NCBI GenBank assembly: GCA_000182565.2
Contig: KQ257469.1
Reading direction: 5' to 3' (one strand)
Length of the DNA stretch: 64,000 nucleotides
Source: Spizellomyces punctatus DAOM BR117
Lineage: Eukaryota
Shown here: one piece after another, positions 35,580-45,344 of the stretch
Layout of the letters: each line of letters starts with the position of its first letter
How positions within the stretch are numbered: position 1 is the first letter of the stretch
Made by a program: the position numbers and the translations under genes
The notes under the pieces: model-generated
Seen by the model: the letters and a program-made list of their open reading frames with translations, nothing else
Databases searched by the model: none
What the model was told of the DNA's origin: nothing

Positions 35580-37472
35580 CTACGCTACGGCTGGAACACT
35601 CCTCCTGCTGAACACTTCTGGTCTACAGTGCCCATCCAACATTGATCTCACAATCATTAGCATGTTGCAGGTTGACAGCGTATCTCGATTCCAGTAGCGC
35701 ATTCCCGATGTCCAGGCTTGCTGCAAACAGTTAGGGTTGGTACAACCCAGCAATCCGTGGACTTTTTCAACCTTGCCTTCTCGTCGTCGATAAGGTCTTG
35801 AATGAGCTCGTGTTTTGAAGCCTTTTTTGAGGAAGTCGTTGGATGAGGCCAAACAGCGAGGGCAAACAGATGAGGTCTTGTACTCGTCGAGAAGGAAGCA
35901 GTTGATCCTGTTCCGCTTAAAGAGGGTGCGCCAACCTTTCGTCTTTGATGAGATCTGAAATCTCGCAGTTCGACCGGCGTCGCTCCAATCACCCATCACA
36001 ATGGTGAAGTTTTCACCGTACTTGTTGTGCAAGTTGGATATGAGGTTCGATTCGCTCTTCTGACGGTTTATAGATGCATGCCATTTCCATCGAGTATGAG
36101 CAGGGTGGGCATAGAATTCCTTGCGACGATCCCAATCAGCGCGGCGAACGAGAAGGTAACGCATGAAGTCTATGAGGTTCATCGTCTTGTGGCTTGAAAT
36201 ACGTGATTCTATGAGGTCAATACCGCCGGCTTTCATTGCTTCCCGCTCCCTTGCAAATCGCCGGCTGCCTGTCTCCATGGCTCGCTGGTTTGCGGTGTAG
36301 CGAAACGTTGTACCATTGCTGTCTTGGCAGTAGAGAAGATCGCGCTTGTTTGGGTCAATAACGACAAAGTTCTCTTGACAAGCAGATAAGTTGTTTTCCA
36401 CATAAAGCGCTTTAACCTCTGCCTCCATCGTGTTTGCTGACTTTTTCCCTCCGCTGCGCTTTCCATACTTGTCTGCTTCTGGGTGCTTTAAGTATACAGA
36501 CACCGAGGTTCCGTCCGTCGTGATCGAGCCTTCAAACCACATTCTACGACGAGATCTAAAAGCCTTGTTCTGCAGATTACAGACGCGCAACCATAAATCG
36601 ACCTTCTCTACGGCTTCTGCTTCTTGGCGGGTGATGCAGAGGATGTGGGCGTAGAGAATGACCGTGTCGATGCGAATATGGGACTGAATCAGAGACCGAC
36701 GAAGAGGGATTGCACTGAACCGACGGAAGCCATGTCGTTCATACAGCCCAGAGAGTTTGCAGTATGCAGGAAAGAAAGCGAGAGGGTCTACAGCAACCGA
36801 ATATGCGAGCTGCTGGTCAGAAAGGGGAATGAAGGACCACATCTCTTCTAGAAGTTCACTCTCTTTAGCAGTCAAGTCATCAAGTGACTCGGGCACAATA
36901 TCAAAAAGGAAAATTGACTTCAAGTAGCGTAGCCGAGCAAAGAAAGCTTTCCGCGCTTCACTCTTTGGAGGCCCTTTCCGTCCCTTCACGTCGAGCCGCA
37001 GATTGATATACCGAAGGAGCATCTGCATGAAATGCTCTTGAACGTTGACTTTCAGGTTCGTCATCATACTCACTGTCAGGTAATTGACTGATTGCTGCTC
37101 GCCTCGTAGATTTGGGTGAACAAAGCCGACGATTTGGCAGTACCGTTGAACATATGGCAGCAAACAATCCCGCCATGCCTTCTTTGCTTCCTTTCTTGGA
37201 TGCCAAGCCTCCCCCTTGTTGAGAAGGTAGAGAATCGCTTCGATGGTCTCCTCATTCACGGTGAAGGATGGTGCAGATAGGGTGTAGAATTTGAGAGCGT
37301 GGGAAGCGTGGGAAGCGAGTTGATGGATGATGGCGATGTAATCTAGAAGACGCTGCCGGTAGGTCTCATTAGGCAAGAAAGCCTTTGCAAAGGACGTCTT
37401 GTTGCAGGTATGTAAGGTGGGTTTGTCGAGTTTTTCGAGCCTTTCGAGCTTTTGCTTTTTCTTTGGCGGCAT
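35580..37472 (-). CDS. Fz1: Fanzor1 RNA-guided DNA endonuclease (eukaryotic TnpB/Cas12 relative), SpuFz1-like, 630 aa, intronless
   Basis: NLS PPKKKQK. SITTDGTSVSV motif. RuvC-I VVIDPN (D373). MGDWS motif. Displaced RuvC-II LLDEYKTS (E530). Zn finger CPRC..CTNPNC (C537, C540, C577, C582). RuvC-III YWNRD (D597). Confidence 0.97.
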   Translation of the reverse strand: MPPKKKQKLERLEKLDKPTLHTCNKTSFAKAFLPNETYRQRLLDYIAIIHQLASHASHALKFYTLSAPSFTVNEETIEAILYLLNKGEAWHPRKEAKKAWRDCLLPYVQRYCQIVGFVHPNLRGEQQSVNYLTVSMMTNLKVNVQEHFMQMLLRYINLRLDVKGRKGPPKSEARKAFFARLRYLKSIFLFDIVPESLDDLTAKESELLEEMWSFIPLSDQQLAYSVAVDPLAFFPAYCKLSGLYERHGFRRFSAIPLRRSLIQSHIRIDTVILYAHILCITRQEAEAVEKVDLWLRVCNLQNKAFRSRRRMWFEGSITTDGTSVSVYLKHPEADKYGKRSGGKKSANTMEAEVKALYVENNLSACQENFVVIDPNKRDLLYCQDSNGTTFRYTANQRAMETGSRRFAREREAMKAGGIDLIESRISSHKTMNLIDFMRYLLVRRADWDRRKEFYAHPAHTRWKWHASINRQKSESNLISNLHNKYGENFTIVMGDWSDAGRTARFQISSKTKGWRTLFKRNRINCFLLDEYKTSSVCPRCLASSNDFLKKGFKTRAHSRPYRRREGKVEKVHGLLGCTNPNCLQQAWTSGMRYWNRDTLSTCNMLMIVRSMLDGHCRPEVFSRRSVPAVA

Positions 37473-37519
37473 GATGATATCTGAAAAAGATGAAAGCCTG
37501 GGAAAATGGGCACGACAAC

Positions 37520-37526
37520 TTATATA
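37520..37526 (-). promoter_or_regulatory. TATA box inside the element, upstream of Fanzor
   Basis: TATATAA on the minus strand, 47 bp upstream of the ATG at 37472. Confidence 0.55.
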
Positions 37527-37607
37527 GGATTTTTTGGATCAAACCATAGTTCATGAGTCTACATCGAGTAAAATTATGATTAAATTGGTTGGAATCTATG
37601 TACTAGT

Positions 37608-37630
37608 GCCAATACCCATCGGCTCCGCAC
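37608..37630. repeat. Terminal inverted repeat, promoter end
   Basis: GCCAATACCCATCGGCTCCGCAC followed by TATG, i.e. CATA immediately 5' of the element on the minus strand. Confidence 0.97.
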
Positions 37631-37973
37631 TATGTATCTACACATCGTGGTGATTTTCCAAGTTATCTGCATGCGCTGCCATTGGAGTCTTCTTGCTAGA
37701 TATTTGATGTTCAAGTAACTACGTCTGACGCTAGTGTCCTATATGTTAGTGCCCTAATGAGCTGAGATTCAACAGAAGAATATTGCCACAATTTGATATA
37801 ATGGGAAAGAATGGCCCGAACATATATTCTCGCTATTGATTCTGCCTTTTACTCGCAAAGACCAAGTTGACAGAGAAATTAGATATCTACATGCACGCAT
37901 ATCTGCAAAAAATATACTACAATAATGCAAACATCGGAGTTTCCAAATCATGAAATATTCGCCGTTTATATCC

Positions 37974-39603
37974 TCAACCTTGCCGTATCTTCTTCATTCG
38001 ATCTGTCTCGGTCCCGCCATCGCGTCGACGTTTAGACCATTGTGGATTGTAAGAAACCTGATATTTGGCGCCCACGGCAAAGTCCTCAATTACCGGACCG
38101 CTATAATCGTCTTGTCCAGGCGATAAAAAATCCTCAAGCGTATATTGTTCTACAATGCGGACTTTGAGTTGCGATGTTCGCCGCCAAGGCAGTATAGTCC
38201 ATACCTTCTGGTTCCTCCGCGACAAGTACAGGAGAGGTGGGGTTTAATGATACGTTACGTGAAGAGTCCATACTGAAAAATAAGCGATTACGTCAACTCC
38301 AAAGTGCCAATGATTATGACTCTAATTACGGGACCACTCACCCGTCGTTTATGAAAGCAACCTCCCCAAGCAAGGGCTCATCTCCCTGACTTTGCGTTAG
38401 GTCAATGCCTTCTACCATAACCATCCCTCCGGGTGACGACTGCTTGCTGAGAAGCGATCGTCGTTTGTCTGGCAGCGGTGTCGTATGTTGCCATTTTTTG
38501 TAAGGCCGCGTGACAACCTTATCGTACACCCCGGGTTTGCCGTTCGGATACGTTGATTTAGCCCCTTCTGCATAACGTCCTTCGCCCAGTCCTGATGTCT
38601 GCCTTTGCTGCCGCGGGCTCACCGGCGACGCGGTTGATGAAGCATCGCCTGTTCTCTTTGATGGAGTAACCTCCGGTCTTCGACCTTCAGCAGACTGTTC
38701 GGTGATCGGCTCCGACTGTGGTAGCGTTAAAGGCGATGAAGGGAGACTAGGATTTTCCGCGCTTTGTACAGAGGGAGCGAGGTGTTTTAATGGCCTTCGT
38801 AAAGTTTTTGGTGTGATATCAACCAAAACGCTTGTCGTTCGAGAAGCAGCTATTCGGCGGGGTGACGAGGATGTTCCCGTAGCCCTACCTAATATCGAAC
38901 TTGTTGGGTTCGTTTGTTTTGTACGCAGCGCACCGGAGCTATCAGCAAGGGTAACAGTTTCTTCTGAATTCAACGGTGAAGACGCTGAACGGACGAATAG
39001 TAGACAACATGAGCCTTCTGGAGCCGAAAGCGTTCATGTCCCAGACCGAGCACACCTGTAGCGTCTAGGATATTGACAAGCCCGTCTTCCTGCGACCAAG
39101 TTTCTACCCCTGACGGCACCGCTTCGACGGACACAATCTTGGAATGCGTACCCTGAGCTGAACTCTGTATCGACCCTGGCTTTGGACTCTTTTTGACAGC
39201 AAGGCTGACGAAATGTTGGGCAGCTGTTGTTAGCTGCCCTTTTCCTGTCAGACTTTCAAATCTTTCAACTGCCTCTTTGACCGTTACAGAAACCGTCGGA
39301 GGAGCCACGTCCTGTGTCGCTTCGTCTTCCGACCACACTTCAGCTCCGTCGGGTTCTTTTTCGTCTACTTCTTCCCCATCATTCGGAAATGTCTGACTCT
39401 CCGCAGCTGCAAAAAGGAGACCAGGATATCTTTAGATTCATGCTCGCGTGTTCTCGTGCCAGTCAGTTGCCGTCGGGCCGGCTCAGATCGCCGCAGTTAC
39501 CTCTAGCGTCGGTTACAATGCTATTCGAAGTTTCTTGCTCCGTTTCCTCATCTTCAAAGCCTCCTAGACCAGAGAGTCTAAGCACACGCTTTAGCAATGA
39601 CAT
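37974..39603 (-). CDS. Hypothetical Ser/Thr/Pro-rich, largely disordered protein (about 4 exons)
   Basis: MSLLKRVLRLSGLGGFEDEE from ATG 39603, spliced into ORFs 38970-39338, 38338-38973 and 37974-38225. Confidence 0.6.
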
Positions 39604-39882
39604 TGTGCTGGCGGTCAGTCCATAAAGTTGCGTAGGATGAACGAGGAAACCACGCGCTTTGGTCGCCTGGCGAAGTCACACGCGTCATGAAACCTCTCTG
39701 GGAAAGCTTTGGGTAAGCAGCTGCCGAAAGTCTATTTCGCTCCAAATTTCCCATCCGCCTGTCATCTCATCTGTCAATCCCCTCCTGCATAACGGAATCA
39801 CCCAAGAGGTAATATTCTGCGGATATTTTTCTCCCCAACGAATGCTTATTAACCGCCTTTCAGTTCCTTCATATCAGGCAAC

Positions 39883-42871
39883 ATGTCAACGAGCTCATCC
39901 AAATTCAGGGAGCACGTCATCCCTTTGCGAGAATTGACAATGGGAGATGTTCTCACAGTGGACCGTGGCGAACTCATCAAGTAGGTATCAGAACCAAGCT
40001 GAACTTTGTTGCACGGCATCTTCCATGGAGTCCTCACTGTTTCAGGCAATTGAGGATGACCCACTCTGTAGCTATTGTTTATGACGACAACAATGTAAGA
40101 TTAGCAATGTTCGCCGACAATGGGTCTATTTAGGACCTCTTGTGAAGTTTGTTCTTTTTGTTATAGCTGAAACTGTGGCTTTTTAGGCTATACGAGTATG
40201 GGGCCGTCAACAAGATGTGACGGATGCGTAAGTAGCACATCTGATCTATTTTGCACATGCGCTACTTCTGAAGATATCGCATGCAGTCTGCAAGAGTTGA
40301 TGGTACATGTGGAAAAGTGGGAATTGGACGCGGCTGCATCTAAGCGTCGTGATACCGCCCAGCCTGCCTCAGAAGCCTCAAAAGTTATTTTGTTGGCTGA
40401 CTGTAGGCCGTCTTCGCGCCAGACAGGAACTAACCGCGGCATGCCGCATGCCCCAACCGCGGAGGGGAAAGTCTCGAAGCGGGGCGGGGGAAGCGAGGTC
40501 GTTGACGGAACAGTGGAGACTACAAACACGGCTGCTATAAGCATTGTTACATCTCAGTCAAAGTCAGTCCAACACACTACGCCAATTCAAACAGGCCATG
40601 TGACTCAGACTGAGCAGGACCACAAAGCAATATCTAGCAAAGCTCCAATGACGAATGCCATATCTCCCACCAAGAATGAATCAAACCAGAGCGGCGTAGC
40701 ACACCGGACACCACAAAGCTCAAAGACAAACACGACTTTCGACAAGGTCGTTAAGCTCGACAGAAGGGTACTAGAAAGCTCGAGGGACTTGCTTCTGGAG
40801 CAACTACGGCATATTGGAAAGAAAACTAGTGCAGACTGCACGTTAGATGATAGTCTCGCGGTGCGTATAGTTTCTCGTTCATACTAATACATCACACTTA
40901 GCTGAACGTAATCCGGATAGATTGTTGGGGTAAATGGCAGGTCCACCGTGGAGCGGAGTGCAGAAAAAGCCACTGCAAGCCTCGAAGCCTGGCAAAGGTT
41001 AAGGATTATGGCTATCGAGGTAAGTCACTGGCCACGATGGCGTAGAAGGTATTCTAAGTCCCAACGCGTTCCCTAGCGGCAAATGAAACGGACCCCGAGT
41101 CCGAGAGAAGCTTCTGCAACCACTCCGACGACCGCTACGGCGACGACGATGGAGGCTGGGGGAGCACAAGGACTTCACTCGATGACGTTCCCCGATAATT
41201 CCGTTGAACGCGAGGAAATGGAGCAAATCTTAGATGCGTTATCAATACACTTTATGAAATTCGACAGGATATGGGAGCAACATCCACGCGGCGCAGATGT
41301 CGAAGTTGAGTATAGCAACGGGGTCAGTAGACACTTGCACACTAAACTTCCTTAAAGACGAAGTTCTAACGTTGGACCAGTCATTTAAGATAACTGGCCC
41401 AGCTGAAGTGGCCGATGAAATTCATCAGTCATACCAAAATTATTTCGCTGAAGTGGCTCGACCAGCACTGGTATGTCGCAATTCACATAGCTGCCTCCTC
41501 AACGTTTTCTTACCATATAAGTCTCCAGGAAACCCTTCGAAGTGAGCAACAAGTTCTTTTGGATGAACAAACGGCTTTGAATCTTGCAAAGGAAGAAATG
41601 GACGCGCCGTTCAATGATACCAGAGCTCACAGGCCACCAAGCGATATCTCTCATCAGGAGCATGGTCCAAGAGAGCAGTCGTCAGCAGGTCCAAGTGGTT
41701 CATCGAAGCCCATTGTTGAAATTATTCCGCCTTCATGGCCCGTTCCTCCGGTGCATGTAGCTGCGCCTGAGCGCGAAGAAATGAATGGTAAGTAGCAGCC
41801 GCGTGTCTTTTATGCCGCAACCAAGAATGTAACATTTGACAGCCTCAGCGGCGCGAGCATCAGAGCACCAAGCGACTACAACCGCCGCTGATGTGCATTT
41901 AGAACAACCTAGTAGGGAAGCCCCCCAATACCCTGTTTATGTACCACACAAGATGAAAGGCAAGGGCAAATGTACACTGGACGCCATTTCGACCACCAAG
42001 GACGCATCTCCTCCATCAGAAGCGCTGCCACAAACCTCTTTGCCGTCTGCAAAGGAAAATGGTTTTGATTCGGAGGAGGCAATCGTCACCAGTAAGCCTG
42101 CTCCCCCTGAGCTAGCGAGAAATCAGCCAATAGCGGTCATATCCTCCAAACCAATAGCAAGCGGCCTTGCTCCATCAGCGGAACCCGTTGAAAGTAATGC
42201 AGCGCCAACACTTGACTCCGCAACATCACCACAAACAACGGAAGCTTACAAGATCGCCTTGCCAACACGGACGGATACCCCTTCGATAGATGCGTCGATC
42301 ACGACCCTTGGTTACGTCTCATCGCTTTCCAAGTTGCAAGCACTCAGGAGCGATAACCTGGCAAGATTCTTCCGTTTGCCAATTGAGATGCAGACCCTGG
42401 ATACATCCTCGTTTCTGCATCTTCATGCCGTGGTGAAGCGCATTGGCGCGGTAGTCGGTGTTAATGCTGGAGTTTACGACAAGCAGGTACGTTTGGCGCT
42501 TTCCATTGAATGATACATTGGCTTGATCCTTTGTTCCTTTGCAGAGATTGTTTTTCATTGCGTACACGCACGAAGTGCTGGAAGAGGCGACAAGAAAGGT
42601 TGATGAACACATCGCTGCGGTGTGGATGCGACCTGAGATGGACGTTCCATTCGCTGCGAGAACTCCGCCGTTAAGTCCGCCGTTAAGCGTCGTCCGCACT
42701 CAATCCGGCGCTCAAGCGTTTGAAGTGAACACCCTCGTAAGTTCACCATCAAATGGGAGTAGCCCTCACATGCAGCCCTATGGTATGCCTCTAACGACTA
42801 TGTGTGGACCGCCCTATTCTTTGCATCCTTACCAACCCATGATGCGACCGCAATGGTACTACCCGTCCTGA
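39883..42871 (+). CDS. Hypothetical multi-exon protein with degenerate KH-like segments
   Basis: Spliced reading gives QLRMTHSVAIVYDDNN|AIRVWGRQQDVTDA|LQELMVHV. Similar segments are LRHIGKKTSADCTLDDSLA|IVGVNG..AEKATASL and FKITGPAEVADEI. Low-complexity linkers; stop at 42871. Confidence 0.55.
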
Positions 42872-43279
42872 GGCCATATGTGACTTGAAGGGAAATGTGT
42901 TGGCGTATTGCGAAACCTATGTATTAAACAGAAAGGGGCGTAAAGATCCTCTTTAGCATCAAGGACGCCTAGTTAAGGGGTCAACTCCCTAGTAGCCGAG
43001 GAATTTGCAATTAGTAACTCGGATCGTTTTGAATTCGACCAGCAGTAAGAGCTTTGACATACGTAGCAGATATCTTGCTTAATTTTGCATAGAACTTTCT
43101 TCTGAAAATAACAACTGTCTTCTGAGCAGTCGAAGTATATAAATAAGTACATTGCACGCCAAAAATCATTGGCACCTCACACCCACTACAGGATATAGCA
43201 TATCTACAAGAAACCAAAGCGCCTGTACCGTAAAATATGATAAAACCCCTCTTCTAATCACTAAAATAGGTATAATGTA

Positions 43280-44598
43280 TCAAGCCCGACTTCTCCACCA
43301 TTTGAGTCCAGCAACACTCGCCGTCGCTGCCAAAATCAGAGACGCCCCCAAAACGGAAGTAACTTGTGGAACTTCATGGAAGAATACGAGACCAAAAATG
43401 AAAGCAAAGACAATGTCCAGGTTTCGCATGAGAGTAGCTGGACCGGCGTTGGCCAGTTGTAAGCCCTAAGAAGAGGAAATATAAGCAACGAGCTAGCGAT
43501 CGTCGCTCAATAAGCATGTAGACTTTACCGCGTTTAAGAAGCATTGCGCCACAAATGCAGACAAGCCAACCGAAAGCATAACAAGCCATTGTAGTCGAGT
43601 CCATTCTCCCAGAGGGACAGCGTCTTGAAATAAGGCTAGTCCTATTCCGGAGAGTATTGTCGACATGGCTCCGAAATACGTGACATGCACCATAAATGAA
43701 CATCTCCCCCCAATTTTGCGAACAAGGCAGTAGGCAACAGCACTCATCAGCGCACCACCAAACGCGGCCAATGCTGCCCATGACGTGTGGGTCTCGCCGG
43801 TTGCAGAGTGGTGGGTATCGGCCGGAGATCCAAATAGGATCTCGGGACGAGAAACAAGCGCGACACCACATAGACATGCTGCGGACGCAAAGATATCGGG
43901 GCCAGTCAGTGGCTCGCCGAGGACTATACGCGCCAAGATCGCAGTAAATGCGGGGCCAGTAAAGAAAATTGCTAGGAGAACACGCATCTCAGCTTGCATC
44001 AACTGTGACTTGAATCTAGACCAAAGAACCTACTCATTCCATCTCCCAGAGGCATGTTGACAATCGTGAAAAAGTAGAGTCCCAAACCTGCAGCATAGTC
44101 AGCATGGATGTCAGGCATTAACACGTCAATGAGATAAACAGTACCCGTTGCTCCAGCTGTGCCTCGTGCGACGAGCCATGCTCTATTTAGCGTAGGAGGT
44201 CCCCAAGGGGCAACACCAAGATAAACGCAGGAAATGGCACCGAGAACAAATTGAATTACCGAGCGGACGAGAACAATTTGCAGGAATGGGAAAGATGCGC
44301 CAGAAAGTTTCACGAGGACGGACATGAGAGAGAATAAAAGTGCAGATAGGGCCTAATGCCGACAAATAAAGAGTCATTTTACTAGTTTCCTTCTGGCCTT
44401 GAACCAAAAACTCGCATGTACCGTAAACGATAATCCCAAAAGTTCTTTACTGCCTTCTTGCGGAGCTGGAGGCTTGTCAAGAAGGGGCTGTCTTTCAGCA
44501 GCATCTTCGTCTGCAGGAAGAACAACCGCCTCGGCGGGTTCTGGAACTGGACCAGGAGCGATATCCACCTCCATCTCGTTGGCATTGTGCAATGACAT
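43280..44598 (-). CDS. EamA/DMT-superfamily transporter (SLC35G-like)
   Basis: About ten hydrophobic helices. Motifs FPFLQIVLVRSVIQ, LVARGTAG, MPLGD, FFTGPAFTAILARIVLGE, GVALVSRPEILFG. N-terminal ERQPLL dileucine-type motif. Confidence 0.9.
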
Positions 44599-45344
44599 TG
44601 TGTAAGGTGGGTAGTGCCGTAGCAATGAGGCCAATTGTTAATTTCACACTAATGGGTTTTATAAAATCTCGTTGCAAAAAAAAACCAAGAATGCGCGATG
44701 CTGGCTTCCGGTCACGTGACAAACATCGATCAAGCCTCACATGTCAATCTGGTGGGTTTTCAGAAGGCAACCTTCTCTGACTGTTGGTTGGCCGCGTGCC
44801 CATCAATGTGGCCCGTCGAGAATACCAGACGCAAAGTCCATAGCCTTGCAAGTGTTGGTGATTGTCGACATGGTCTGACAACGATGGACATGCGGCCATC
44901 ACGGCTGTTGGACATTTGGAAACAATGTCGTCCTTAAATGCATCCAAAGATCGATATCGGGTGCTATGGTTTGAACACTGTAAAACTAAAACCGGGGAAA
45001 GAAAGCGCGGCGGGGGGGAGATCAAAATGCCCACATCGCCCAATCTCGTGCAAGTGCTCTTTACATGACTGTGCCGTCAATTGCAACCAATGATTTGAGT
45101 TTTCACGAGCACTGCAAGTTGCGACGTCACCCCGCGCCCGCTTGTTTTTCAAACCGATACTTGTTTAGCCTCATTTGCACACATTACCACACACGGGTGA
45201 CGTTGAACACCGAATGCTCATCTGAGCAGCATCTGGGAACAAGACCGATCTCATTGTGCACAGCAGTGTATGTACTTAGTCCTGCGAGCCAATCCACGCA
45301 CGATTTAGCATTCCAACCTTGGTCGGTCCCAATCACAGGTCATC

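Larger units (their letters stand above)
35495..37630 (-). mobile_element. Non-autonomous Fanzor-carrying TIR DNA transposon (Spu-1-like), 2,136 bp, TA target-site duplication
   Basis: Perfect 23-bp inverted repeats at both ends. TA on each side (35493-35494, 37631-37632). Sole cargo is the Fanzor ORF; no transposase. Confidence 0.95.

Noticed and set aside
37369-37554. 61-aa ORF overlapping the Fanzor start as a possible transposase remnant
   Set aside because: Too short, no HTH or DDE motif, and it spans the TATA/5' UTR region out of frame with Fanzor.
44711-44720. Palindrome GTCACGTGAC (E-box/Cbf1-like) between the divergent EamA and GUT2 genes; ACGCGT-like motifs near 39680 and 48866
   Set aside because: Plausible transcription-factor sites, but single short motifs cannot be distinguished from chance without conservation data.
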